A stretch of 64,000 nt of DNA from Candidatus Omnitrophota bacterium (GTDB lineage Bacteria; Omnitrophota; Gorgyraeia; Gygaellales; UBA12090): NCBI GenBank assembly GCA_030674475.1, contig JAUSCZ010000023.1, forward strand, positions 87,819-151,818, read 5' to 3'. A program made the translations under genes and the position numbers. This document shows positions 30,601-39,909 of this stretch, piece after piece; positions within the stretch are counted from its first letter, which is position 1, and each line of letters starts with the position of its first letter. The notes beneath the pieces are model-generated. The model was given only the letters and a program-made list of their open reading frames with translations. It had not been told where the DNA came from and searched no databases.

Positions 30601-31150
30601 ATTGAAAAAGGTTTACGATCGCTTAAATAAGGACAGTGGCGATCAGCCAGAACGTCCGTTGTTTTTTAAAGATGTGAGTCCGGATGAAGAGGTTGCGGAG
30701 GACCAGAAGTATGTTGATTTTCTGCCGGTATATTCGCTCCAGGCTGTAGCGACAAGCTTTGGTAAGGAAGAGCACGTGGAAATGCTTGGATGGAAGAAAA
30801 TAAAAAATAAACGGCTGAATAAAGACATGTTTATTGCTCAGGTTGTTGGTAAGTCAATGGAGCCGACAATTTTGGATGGTAGTTTTTGTCTTTTCCGCTT
30901 TGAGCGGGGCGGCTCGCGCAATGGTTTGGTGGTGCTTGTCGAATCTCGGTTGGTTACCGATCCTGAAACCAGCCAGAAATTTACAATCAAGCGCTATAAA
31001 AGTGAAAAAGAAACTTTGCCCGATGGCGGGTGGAGGCACAAGCGCATAATACTCTCACCTGATAACAAAGACTTTAAAGATATCACTCTGGAGAATGTGA
31101 GCGGTGATGATTTTAGAATCGTAGCAGAATTTGTAGAGGCATTATCTTAA
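27632..31150 (+). CDS. hsdR: Type I restriction endonuclease subunit R with fused C-terminal S24/LexA-like domain
   Basis: DMLLSINGLP..TIELKN nuclease, QHSAGSGKS, DEAH, FTATP, TGYDEP; tail with VVGKSMEP and TIKRY. ORF track start is 27620. Confidence 0.93.
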   Translation: MVSIINEKAFEESIEQSLIDHGGYVKGDPNNFSRDLAIDQAVLFQFIKDTQKNVWDSLTAIHGADVEKKFLYRLNQELDARGMLDCLRRGVTDYGKKIMLAYFKPVSKLNPETQKLFDKNILTVTRQVHYSTKDESSIDMLLSINGLPVATIELKNPFTGQDVDDAKRQYKYDRDERELLFQFKKRALVHFAVDTDVIYMTTRLQGSKTRYLPFNKGYNKGSGNPPNPSGHKTAYLWEVVLVKDSWMDILGRFLHLEVEEKAFDGRKFKIETLIFPRYHQLDSVRKLSSDALANGAGKNYLIQHSAGSGKSNSIAWLAYHLAGLYDKGDKRIFDAVIVITDRIVLDKQLQDTIYQFEHKLGVVEKIDKDSTQLAQALTSGTNIIITTLQKFPFVLDKVGALPRRNYAVIVDEAHSSQGGESAKKMKDVLSALDKTEIVSEKADEDDDIEDEIRESMLKRGPRPNLSFFGFTATPKAKTLEFFGQKGIDGKPQPFHLYSMRQAIEERFIFDVLENYTSYQTFFQLSKKIEDDPNMNKKKAACAIARFLTLHPYNLAQKTEVMIEHFRQVTMKKIGGKAKAMVVTASREHVVRYKHEFDRYLKEKGYKDIKALVAFSGKVLLDGIPPEYTEEGINTYIDKQGQTRYVREKELPGKFATSEYQILLVAEKYQTGYDEPLLHTMYVDKRLDGVKAVQTMSRLNRTCPGKEDTFILDFVNKREDILAAFQPYYEQTQLSDVTDPNKLYDLKTKLDSFRVVYQSDIDAFCVVFFRNKELQTKREHAQLNSIVDVAVERFKVIEKDEHKEDFVNTLGVFVRLYAFLAQIMPFQDIELEKFYAYSRLLLKKLPGPDRGERYHLGDEVALEYYRLQKIADGKIQLQKDSGAAIEPISEAGTKKDKDEYALLSEIINLLNDRFGTDFTEADKLFFDQIEEEMVMDEKLGVQAKTNTMDNFKYGFEDVFIAKLVDRMDQNQDIFNKIMDDKAFAAVVKDYLLKKVYDRLNKDSGDQPERPLFFKDVSPDEEVAEDQKYVDFLPVYSLQAVATSFGKEEHVEMLGWKKIKNKRLNKDMFIAQVVGKSMEPTILDGSFCLFRFERGGSRNGLVVLVESRLVTDPETSQKFTIKRYKSEKETLPDGGWRHKRIILSPDNKDFKDITLENVSGDDFRIVAEFVEALS

Positions 31151-31181
31151 GGTAAAAATAAATAAATAAGGGATAGCTCAA

Positions 31182-31209
31182 TTGATTTAAAAGGTTTATT
31201 TGTTATAAT
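31182..31209 (+). promoter_or_regulatory. Sigma70-type promoter for the ABC-F gene
   Basis: TTGATT, 16-bp spacer, TATAAT with extended TG. Confidence 0.45.
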
Positions 31210-31306
31210 GGCGCTAAACTTCCTAACACTGGTTTGTTTATGCCGAATTCGTGGCGCGATGTCTACCGCGGCAATCGTTTTTTATGAAAGGTTAAAGGGA
31301 TAAAAT

Positions 31307-32941
31307 ATGATTTCAGTTAATAATGTGTCATTACAATTCGGTCAGCGTAAGCTGTTCTCAGAGGTCAGCATTGTTTTTTCGCCGGGCAACTGCTATGGCT
31401 TGATTGGCGCCAATGGTTCGGGTAAATCCACATTTTTAAAGATTCTTTCCGGAGAGGTTGATTCGTCCGCGGGAGAAGTTGCTATTGCTCCGGGTAAGCG
31501 GCTCTCTACCTTAAGACAGGATCAATTTGCCTTTGATGAATATACGGTATTAACCACGGTGATTATGGGGCATAAAAAGCTTTATGAAATTATGCTGGCC
31601 AAAGACGCGATATATTCTAAAACGCCTTTTACCGACGCTGACGGAATGCACGCCGCGGAGCTGGAGGGAGAGTTCGCTGAACTAGAGGGATGGAACGCTG
31701 AATCCGACGCGGCTAAGTTGTTAAGCGAACTGGGTATTGAGGAATTCCTGCATACGGCGCAAATGAAAACGCTTGAGGCCGGGCAGAAGGTGCGAATATT
31801 GTTGGCCCAGGCCTTATTTGCTAATCCCGATATCCTGCTCTTGGATGAGCCTACCAATTATCTGGATGTTGAGTCGAGTATGTGGCTGGAGGAATTTCTC
31901 TACGCTTTTGAGAATACCGCTATCATTGTCTCGCACGACCGGCATTTCTTAGATAAAGTCTGCACCCATATCGCGGATATTGATTTCGGTAAGATCCATC
32001 TCTATCCCGGCAATTATACTTTTTGGTCGGAGGCCAGCCAGCTGGCGGCGCGCCAGCGCAGTGAATCTAACAAAAAGATAGAAGAGCGGCGCAAGGAATT
32101 GAAAGATTTTATTATGCGTTTTTCCGGCAACGCCTCTAAGGCCCGCCAGGCCACCAGCCGCAAAAAAACCCTGGAAAAGCTTACTATAGAGGACATTGAA
32201 CCTTCTTCGCGCAAATACCCCTATATCAATTTTGAACCGGAGCGCGAGGCCGGCAATGACCTCCTGAATATAGATCATCTGTTTAAAACAGTTGACGAGC
32301 AGAGTATGTTTGAGCGGTTGAATATTACCATTCGCAGGGGTGATAAGGTTGCTTTTGTCGGCCCAAATGACCTGGCCAAGACCATACTTTTTCAGATTTT
32401 GATGAATGAGGCTCAATCGGATAGCGGCACTTTTAAGTGGGGCTCTTCTACCAAGCGGGCGTATTATCCCAGAGATAATTCCGCGTTTTTTAGCCGGGAC
32501 CTGACCATTATTGATTGGCTCAGGCAGTATTCCGCCAACACGGAACAGGAGTTTATCCGCGCCTTCTTAGGCCGGATGCTTTTTTCCGGGGAAGAATCGC
32601 TTAAGCCGGTAACTGTTTTATCCGGAGGAGAGAAGGCGAGGTGTATGTTAGCCCGGATGATGGTTTCTCAGCCTAATGTGCTTATTCTGGATGAACCGAC
32701 CAATCATCTGGACTTGGAAGCGATCACCTCCTTAAACCGAGGCCTGGAGAAATTCCGCGGGACCATCTTGTTTTCTTCCCACGATCATCAGTTAGTCCAG
32801 ACGGTAGCCAACCGCATTATCGAGATTACCCCTAAGGGATATATTGACCGGGTGGACACCACCTATGATGAATACCTGGCCAATGAGCAGATAAAACAAC
32901 AGCGCCATGAACTATACGCGGGGCGCCCGCTAAGTAAATAA
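31307..32941 (+). CDS. ABC-F family ATPase (YbiT/YkpA-like)
   Basis: Two ABC domains (GANGSGKST, LDEPTN twice, LSGGEK), no TM segments. Confidence 0.93.
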   Translation: MISVNNVSLQFGQRKLFSEVSIVFSPGNCYGLIGANGSGKSTFLKILSGEVDSSAGEVAIAPGKRLSTLRQDQFAFDEYTVLTTVIMGHKKLYEIMLAKDAIYSKTPFTDADGMHAAELEGEFAELEGWNAESDAAKLLSELGIEEFLHTAQMKTLEAGQKVRILLAQALFANPDILLLDEPTNYLDVESSMWLEEFLYAFENTAIIVSHDRHFLDKVCTHIADIDFGKIHLYPGNYTFWSEASQLAARQRSESNKKIEERRKELKDFIMRFSGNASKARQATSRKKTLEKLTIEDIEPSSRKYPYINFEPEREAGNDLLNIDHLFKTVDEQSMFERLNITIRRGDKVAFVGPNDLAKTILFQILMNEAQSDSGTFKWGSSTKRAYYPRDNSAFFSRDLTIIDWLRQYSANTEQEFIRAFLGRMLFSGEESLKPVTVLSGGEKARCMLARMMVSQPNVLILDEPTNHLDLEAITSLNRGLEKFRGTILFSSHDHQLVQTVANRIIEITPKGYIDRVDTTYDEYLANEQIKQQRHELYAGRPLSK

Positions 32942-32963
32942 AGGACCCCACGATTCTGAAAAT

Positions 32964-34487
32964 ATGAAAAAAATTATAATAGTGGGTTTTGTTATGTCAG
33001 TAAGCGTTAGCATCGGTATTTTTTTTATTCTTCAAAAGCGTTCAGTGCCGCCACCGGTTAGTAAATGCGGCGATAACATCTGCGATGAATTTGAAAAAAG
33101 AAGCCCTTATTTATGTCCCAAAGATTGCGTATCTCTGCCCAGCGTTTTTAATAGGTCATCGCTTGATTCTCCCTTTGGAATGTTGCCATTTTTTTCGTTT
33201 GATAAGTCTCTTCGCGAAGGCCCGCCGCCGAAGCCCGAGCACTTTGATTTTAAGCCAACCGAAGATTTGGGTCTTAAATGGGGCAGGGCTCATTATTTAA
33301 TATGGTCAATGGTTCAGCCCACAAAGAACGATGTTGATAAAGAAAGGTATGATTGGTCGGATAGTGATTCGGTTTTAGGCTCTTATCCGGAGGGTTTCAA
33401 TGCCGTTGAAAACATAATAGCGTTTTCCGCCAAGGTGGATGATGAAGGAGAACATCTGGATAATTTTTCCTTTCCCAATAAAGAAGCAGAGGAGGAATAT
33501 ATTCGTTTTGTCAAAAAAGGAGTAGAAAGATATGACGGAGACGGCAAAGATGATATGCCTGGTTTGAAAAACCCGATAAAATATTGGCAAGTTGAAAACG
33601 AGCCGGACTTAAAAGCGAAAAAAGATTGGAGCGGTTACGCGAATTTGCTGAAAATAACTTATGAGGGGATAAAATCGGTGTGCGCCGATTGCCAGGTTAT
33701 AATCGGAGGAATGGGCGGGGAAATGAGAGGGTTAAATGAATTTTTTAAACCTGCTTTAGAAAAGCTTGGCGGGAAATATTTTGATATTTTTGACTACCAT
33801 TGTTATGGGAGTAAGGAAGATTGGTATAAATGCGGGCGCTTGGCGGAAGAAATAAAGATGGCTTTCCCGGATAATAATTTTGAAATCTGGCTTACTGAAA
33901 CGGGCACATGGAGTGGAAATCATAACGACCCGTCCGGCCAACCTTCCAAAATACAAACAGAAGAGGATCAGGCAAAAGCCCTTGTCAAATTCTATGTGTA
34001 TCCTCTTTCTAGGGGGGTTAAGAAAGTTTTCTGGGCATGGGGAATTTTGGAGGGTTTTGGAGGTCCGGAAAATAACATTTTTGATAAAACAGGTTTGATG
34101 TATGACGGTTATTATTCTGATGATCTTGGTTTCGGAGTCAAAAAACTCTCCTATTACACCTACAAAAAAATGGTGGAAATGCTTGAAGGCAGTGAGTGGG
34201 ATACTATTGAAACAATTACCGAGAAAAATGATATGTACGCGTATAAGTTTTTAAGAGGCGGCAAAACTGTCTGGATCGCGTGGAACGATAGCGATAGCGA
34301 GAAAGAGGTGGTAATAGAAGATATTGGTTCGCAAGAAGTTAAAATAACCGAAGCAGTCGCGAATTGCGACTCAGGAAAAGAGGTTAAGGATCGCTCAACC
34401 GCCTTCTCAACAAAAACTGAAGGCATTAAAAACGGGAAGATAATGCTAAAGATAAAAGATATACCGGTTTTTGTGGAGGAAATTTAG
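32964..34487 (+). CDS. Membrane-anchored clan GH-A glycoside hydrolase with Cys-rich N-terminal motif
   Basis: N-terminal TM, CGDNIC...CPKDC, WQVENEPD (acid/base), DYHCY, IWLTETG (nucleophile). Confidence 0.75.
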   Translation: MKKIIIVGFVMSVSVSIGIFFILQKRSVPPPVSKCGDNICDEFEKRSPYLCPKDCVSLPSVFNRSSLDSPFGMLPFFSFDKSLREGPPPKPEHFDFKPTEDLGLKWGRAHYLIWSMVQPTKNDVDKERYDWSDSDSVLGSYPEGFNAVENIIAFSAKVDDEGEHLDNFSFPNKEAEEEYIRFVKKGVERYDGDGKDDMPGLKNPIKYWQVENEPDLKAKKDWSGYANLLKITYEGIKSVCADCQVIIGGMGGEMRGLNEFFKPALEKLGGKYFDIFDYHCYGSKEDWYKCGRLAEEIKMAFPDNNFEIWLTETGTWSGNHNDPSGQPSKIQTEEDQAKALVKFYVYPLSRGVKKVFWAWGILEGFGGPENNIFDKTGLMYDGYYSDDLGFGVKKLSYYTYKKMVEMLEGSEWDTIETITEKNDMYAYKFLRGGKTVWIAWNDSDSEKEVVIEDIGSQEVKITEAVANCDSGKEVKDRSTAFSTKTEGIKNGKIMLKIKDIPVFVEEI

Positions 34488-34565
34488 TAAACTTGGTTTC
34501 TGTGATAAAGTAGTAGCACGAAAATAGCTATTGTTAGGTAATGCTCCCCATTACGCAAGGACAGA

Positions 34566-34802
34566 ATGAATAATAGTATTGAAAGGGATTTGGGCGAACA
34601 GCCTATAGCGCGGATAATGATAGCGGATGGATTAAGCCCGCATGATATTGTAGCCGCCTCAACCAAACAGATGACGCACAAGATGATATCGCGCGCGGCC
34701 AAGGGCAGAAGATTGACGCCCCCGGTGCAATTAAAGATTCTTAACGCCTTAAACAAAGCCACAGGAAAAAACTATTCATTAAGGGATCTCTTTAATTATT
34801 AA
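34566..34802 (+). CDS. Small HTH-like hypothetical protein
   Basis: 78-aa basic helical ORF ending LRDLF, XRE-like pattern; SD-like aagga upstream. Confidence 0.6.
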   Translation: MNNSIERDLGEQPIARIMIADGLSPHDIVAASTKQMTHKMISRAAKGRRLTPPVQLKILNALNKATGKNYSLRDLFNY

Positions 34803-34833
34803 ATCAAAGACCTTTAGAGGAAGGGAGTGAGCT

Positions 34834-36144
34834 ATGAATAAGATGGGTATAAAGTGGCTTTATCAGGAGTTGCCTGAGTTAATAATCAGGGGTGTTTTGA
34901 CCCAAGAAGCGGCTGATAAGATACGGCAGTATTATGGCGAAGTAAAAAGTATAAGTAAAACGACTGTAATGCTGATTATTTTAGGAACCATAGGAGCTCT
35001 TTTAATCGGCCTGGGGATAATCCTTTTGCTTGCCCACAACTGGGAGCAGCTTTCACGATTTACCAGAGCTGTCCTTTCTTTGGTCCCCTTAGTCATAGGA
35101 CAAGCCTTGGCCTTATGGGTTTTGTGGAAAAGGCCGCAATCCGGCGCGTTCAAAGAAGGCTCGGCAACTTTTTTGAGCCTCATGGCGGGAGCCTCAATAG
35201 CCTTAATCAGTCAGACCTATAATATCCCAGGAGATACAGGGACTTTTATTTTAACCTGGATGCTTCTTATTATCCCTTTGGTGTATCTTATGCAAGCGTC
35301 AATACCCGCGGTAATTTATTTAATAGGCATTACCGCCTGGTCCGGAACCCATGGGGATAACCCGGTTACGTCGGTTCTGTTCTGGCCTTTAGCGGCCATA
35401 GCTATGCCGCATTTTATCTGGGCTTTACGTCAAGAGATGTATGCCTTGCGCGCTGCCTTATTTTCTTTAACTATGATTATCTGCGTTTCTTATGCCGCCA
35501 GTTTCAGCTTGGGAAAAACCTGGCCCGGCTCCTGGGTTATTATTTTCCCCAGCATATATTCTGTGTTTTATTTTCTTGGGCGATTAGAAGTTAACAAGAT
35601 TACTACTAATTGGCAAAGGCCGTTACGTCTGATAGGGGCCATAGGGTTATTTATACTCGCGTTTCTATTTACCTTTCGTTATATCTGGCAGTATTTAGAT
35701 GATTATTCTTACGGAATGAGCGGAAATATCGCCGGCATCAGCGCTCTGCCGGATTATATTATAACCTTAGCGATCATAGCCGCGGCAATATTGTTATTCT
35801 ACGACCAGGTTAAACGTAAGAACATTACGATTTCATTGCCGGGGGCAGTTCCTTTATTAGCAATAATAGCTTATTTTTTTCGCGGACAGTCAATAGTCTT
35901 ACCTTTAATGATTTTTAATCTTTACCTGTTTATTTTGAGTCTGAGCCGGATGACAGCCGGTATTCGCGGCAATAATCTGGCGGTTATTAATACCGGGATG
36001 TTGATGCTGGCGATACTCATTATCGCCAGGTTTTTTGACAGCGATATTAGTTTTATCATAAAAGGGCTGGTATTCATAATCGTAGGTATCGGATTTTTAG
36101 TTACCAACGCGATACTCGTCCGCCGAATGAGAGGTGTAAAATGA
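34834..36144 (+). CDS. DUF2157 domain membrane protein
   Basis: LGIILLLAHNW, GASIALISQTY, multiple TM helices; adjacent to a GDYXXLXY gene. Confidence 0.85.
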   Translation: MNKMGIKWLYQELPELIIRGVLTQEAADKIRQYYGEVKSISKTTVMLIILGTIGALLIGLGIILLLAHNWEQLSRFTRAVLSLVPLVIGQALALWVLWKRPQSGAFKEGSATFLSLMAGASIALISQTYNIPGDTGTFILTWMLLIIPLVYLMQASIPAVIYLIGITAWSGTHGDNPVTSVLFWPLAAIAMPHFIWALRQEMYALRAALFSLTMIICVSYAASFSLGKTWPGSWVIIFPSIYSVFYFLGRLEVNKITTNWQRPLRLIGAIGLFILAFLFTFRYIWQYLDDYSYGMSGNIAGISALPDYIITLAIIAAAILLFYDQVKRKNITISLPGAVPLLAIIAYFFRGQSIVLPLMIFNLYLFILSLSRMTAGIRGNNLAVINTGMLMLAILIIARFFDSDISFIIKGLVFIIVGIGFLVTNAILVRRMRGVK

Positions 36145-36701
36145 ATCGCAGGCTGATTATCGGATTATTTATATGCCTATCCTTTATTCAAATCACTGCT
36201 CCTCTGTCCATGATTATAAGGCGGGAATCTGTTCTTAAGAATGGCGAGCAGTTTAAATTCAAGACCGCGCCGGTTGATCCTTACGATGCCTTTAGGGGAA
36301 GATATGTTGCCTTGCGCCTTGAAGAGAATTATGTTCCTGCCGTGAAAGAAATAAAATTAAGCCGGGGCCGGACGGTATACGCGCTTATCACTACAGATAG
36401 CCAGGATTTCGCGAGATTTACTGCCGTAGTTACCGCCAGGCCGTCCGATAAACCGTATATTCAGACAAAGGTGCTATATGTCACCAGTGATAAAGTATAT
36501 TTAGATTTACCAATTGACCGGTATTATATGGAAGAAACTGCCGCTCCTGCGGCAGAAAGAATTTATCAGGAACACGCTCAGCGCGGCGCGCAAGACGCCT
36601 ATATTATGGTGAGGATAAAAGACGGCTTCGCTGTTATAGAAAGTCTTTATGTCGGCGCTCAGACCATTGAAGACGCGCTTAGGCAGGAAAGAAAAAGATA
36701 A
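36141..36701 (+). CDS. GDYXXLXY domain protein
   Basis: TAPVDPYDAFRGRYVAL and RYYMEE; conserved pair with DUF2157. Confidence 0.85.
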   Translation: MNRRLIIGLFICLSFIQITAPLSMIIRRESVLKNGEQFKFKTAPVDPYDAFRGRYVALRLEENYVPAVKEIKLSRGRTVYALITTDSQDFARFTAVVTARPSDKPYIQTKVLYVTSDKVYLDLPIDRYYMEETAAPAAERIYQEHAQRGAQDAYIMVRIKDGFAVIESLYVGAQTIEDALRQERKR

Positions 36702-36981
36702 TAGGTTTGAGCCGGCTAGGTCTTGAAACTTGACGGTTACTTTCTAAACATGGTAAAACATATCAGGGATATCTTTGAGGAAAATAAATCCGGGAGCGAA
36801 TATTAAAATTAATAATTAAGTATCGTATCCCGCTAATCTTTATGCGAGATACCGTTTGACTAAGAAGGGTGCTAAGGAAAAGATGAGATAATGTTTAATG
36901 TCCGGGTCTGACCCCTAAAGTTTCTGGTAACGCTAAAGCTATTTATTTTTTGGGTAATTAAGATGGTGAAGGAGAAATAAA

Positions 36982-37395
36982 ATGAAAAAACTAACGGTTT
37001 TGTTATTGTGCTTATTTTGTTTTGGTTGCGAGCAGAAATCAATCAAACCACCTTCAAAATTAGAAGACAGAGAAGCAGAACTTTTAATGAAAAATTCACT
37101 TAATGAAAATATAGAATTATTGGCTGTCAAATATGGCGTTGATACAAAGACTCTGGAAGGGGTTATTGGCGATTATGAAGAATTAACTCAAGGGATTAGT
37201 ATAACAAGAGCAATGCATAATATTGCAGATAAAACCAATGAAGAAAAAGCTACGACTTTAAAGCCGCAAATCGTGAGTATTCAGGTTGCTATAGAAGCGG
37301 TAAGCAACAAGTATCAAATTCCTAAGGAGAAAGTCGGCAATATATTGATTGATAACAAAATGATGATGCAGTATTCAGGGGAGCGAGATGAATAA
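36982..37395 (+). CDS. Hypothetical lipoprotein
   Basis: AAGGAG SD; MKKLTVLLLCLFCFGC lipobox-like signal. Confidence 0.65.
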   Translation: MKKLTVLLLCLFCFGCEQKSIKPPSKLEDREAELLMKNSLNENIELLAVKYGVDTKTLEGVIGDYEELTQGISITRAMHNIADKTNEEKATTLKPQIVSIQVAIEAVSNKYQIPKEKVGNILIDNKMMMQYSGERDE

Positions 37396-37615
37396 AAAAC
37401 AATTAATAGTTGCTTGGGTGTCAATTTTATCTTATTGCTTAATGCTTTTATATTTTATGCTAAAGCGTTGGGCTTTATTCTATGAAACTGGGGGGTATGG
37501 TAAAAGCTTATCTGAACTTTTAACCGGAGTATACCAAGTTATAACACTATACTTTATTCCAATCTTTATTATTGGCGGTCTCATAATCTATACTCTAAGG
37601 GACAAGAAGAAATGA
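37388..37615 (+). CDS. Small hypothetical membrane protein (2 TM)
   Basis: Overlapping start and stop with neighbours; two hydrophobic segments. Confidence 0.6.
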   Translation: MNKKQLIVAWVSILSYCLMLLYFMLKRWALFYETGGYGKSLSELLTGVYQVITLYFIPIFIIGGLIIYTLRDKKK

Positions 37616-38016
37616 AAAATAAAGCGTTGGTTCAAAAACAATTTGATAAAATTTTTGAATATTTTAAAGAAGATGTTTTTACTGGACAGACTGATAGAAA
37701 AAAAATGGAGAAAATAGCCAAATTGGTTGCTGATAATATTAATAATAACTATAAACAATTAATCTTCTTTTTATTATTAAAACTTGCAAAAATAGATAAA
37801 AAAATTGATGAGTATTTTGAGTTCATTGGGGTTAGTTCTGCAGCTAATGCGTATTGCATTGTAAAGAAGTTAGGTTTAAATAATAAGGAAACCAAAGAAA
37901 TTTTTGCTGATATGCAGACAGAAACTAAGTGGGGTATAGAAAAAATAAGAAAAGAAAAGAAAGAAATAAGAGAATTGGTAAAGATGTTTTCATTAAGATT
38001 GAGAAGAAAAAAATGA
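37612..38016 (+). CDS. Hypothetical Lys-rich protein
   Basis: ATGA coupling to the previous ORF; AT-rich. Confidence 0.55.
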   Translation: MKNKALVQKQFDKIFEYFKEDVFTGQTDRKKMEKIAKLVADNINNNYKQLIFFLLLKLAKIDKKIDEYFEFIGVSSAANAYCIVKKLGLNNKETKEIFADMQTETKWGIEKIRKEKKEIRELVKMFSLRLRRKK

Positions 38017-38339
38017 CTTTCAGGCTAATACAGACGTCTTAAATAGAGCATTAAAGGGGTCAAGTCTTGAAAATTGACAGTTACTTTCCAGATATGAGAG
38101 AATGGCGGGGTTAACCCTTGTCCCGACGAAAAGTCGGGATCCCGACCTTGTCGGGAAAATGTGAAAAGATTTGATAAATAAAGAAAAGGATTGCCCATAA
38201 TTTTAGAGTTAGGTTGATTGAGGCATATAGTTGTTATAAAAACTTGTAATTTACGGCAAAGAGTGATGTAATTGTATCAGATATTGAAGCGATTAATAAG
38301 CTTAATCGCCTCTCGGATTATTAATTTTATCTTTTCTAC

Positions 38340-38669
38340 ATGGCAACAAGTAATTGCAGAGATTTTGGCATTGAAAACATCAATGCTTTCCGCGTTAATG
38401 AAAATATTCACGATTTTTCAAATTTGATTAAAGATTATAAGCATAGATTAAAAACAACAGCAGAAAAATGTTCACGTTCATATCCTTCAGGAATAGTAGA
38501 ATATGATGAATATTATCCTGCAAAATCAAGGGATATCATCGACCAGATTGACTGTCTTCTTGCCCAGCACTACGGTTTCACCCACGAGGAGTTGGATTTC
38601 ATCATTAACTACGACAACAAATACCGCATGGGCAAGGAACTGGACAATGGGGAGGAGAATGAAAAATGA
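38340..38669 (+). pseudogene. C-terminal fragment of an Eco57I-like (type IIG-like) DNA methyltransferase
   Basis: SRDIIDQIDCLLAQHYGFTHEELDFIINYD.KYRMG resembles the typical tail of these enzymes; no catalytic motifs upstream. Confidence 0.7.
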
Positions 38670-39700
38670 GCAAAACGATGCGTAAAACTTTTATCTCTGA
38701 AATCAAAGAAATCATAAACCAATCACGCAGAGCGGCCATTCGTAATGTGGACTTTCAACGTGTGTTAATGTATTGGCATATTGGGAAAGGTATATTTGAA
38801 GAAGAACAGCATGGCAAAGAGCGAGCTTACTATGGTGATTATCTTATTAAGAACCTGGCTAAAGAATTGGAACCAGAATATGGAAGTGGTTTCTCAGTAA
38901 GAATTTTGGAAATCAGCCGCCAATTTTATCGTACTTATCCAATTGCGAACGCGCTGCGTTCGCAATTGAACTGGAGTCAGTACCGGCTTTTGTTACGCAT
39001 TGGGAATCAGGATAAAAGAGAATACTATCTGCTCGAAGCAATTAATAATAGCTGGACTGGCAGGGAATTGGAGAGACAGATAAACTCAGGTCTGTATGAA
39101 CGATTGTTATTAAGCAACAATAAAGAAGCGGTTTTATCTGTAGCCCGCAAAGAGAAGATGCCTGAAGAACCGCAGGAAATCATCAAAGACCCAATGGTGT
39201 TAGAATTCCTTGGTTTGGAGCGTAAAGCAAAATACTATGAAAGAGATCTCGAAACCGCGATAATCAATCATCTTCAAATCTTCTTGCTGGAATTGGGAAA
39301 TGGTTTTTCTTTTGTAGCAAGACAAAAGCGGATACTCTTAGAAGATGATGAGTTTTTTGTGGACTTGGTGTTTTACAACCGCTTGCTGCGGTGTTTTGTC
39401 ATTATTGAGATCAAAGCGCAAAAACTCACGCATCAGGATTTAGGACAGCTGCAAATGTATGTGAATTACTACGACCGCACTGAAAAGTTACCAAAAGAAA
39501 ATCCGACTATCGGAATTTTACTTTGCGCTGATAAAAATAATACAGCGGTTAAATTTGCCCTCCCGGAAGATAATAAGACGATTTTGACGAGTCAATATCA
39601 GTTGTATCTGCCCACAGAAAAGCAGTTAATCAGTGAAGTAAAAAAAGACTTGGAAAGATACCGCATGGGCAGCCAACAGGATAACGGGGACGAGAAATGA
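38666..39700 (+). CDS. DUF1016/YhcG PD-(D/E)xK nuclease family protein
   Basis: YWHIG, LNWSQY, IKDPMVLEFL, FLLELG.GFSFVARQ, DLVFY, IEIK, GQLQMYVNY, NPTIGILLC. Confidence 0.93.
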   Translation: MSKTMRKTFISEIKEIINQSRRAAIRNVDFQRVLMYWHIGKGIFEEEQHGKERAYYGDYLIKNLAKELEPEYGSGFSVRILEISRQFYRTYPIANALRSQLNWSQYRLLLRIGNQDKREYYLLEAINNSWTGRELERQINSGLYERLLLSNNKEAVLSVARKEKMPEEPQEIIKDPMVLEFLGLERKAKYYERDLETAIINHLQIFLLELGNGFSFVARQKRILLEDDEFFVDLVFYNRLLRCFVIIEIKAQKLTHQDLGQLQMYVNYYDRTEKLPKENPTIGILLCADKNNTAVKFALPEDNKTILTSQYQLYLPTEKQLISEVKKDLERYRMGSQQDNGDEK

Positions 39701-39909
39701 TTGCGGCAGTTGATGCCGGAAGATTGTTGATTGTTACACCGTTTGTAAATAGCGTGAAGCGCGTATCAGCAGAAACCGCGGAAAAAAGAAATCGATTCAT
39801 GTTTGAACTGGCGGATGAGATTGCCATTGGCTATGCCGGCAAGGGCGGTATGTTAGAGAGGCTGGTTGCAGAAGTTAAAGGTAAGAAAGTAATCAGGATT
39901 CAAGAATGA
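39697..39909 (+). pseudogene. C-terminal fragment of a DprA/SMF-like Rossmann-fold protein
   Basis: LLIVTPF...AEKRNRFM..LAD.I.I.YA..GG pattern; N-terminal half missing. Confidence 0.55.
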
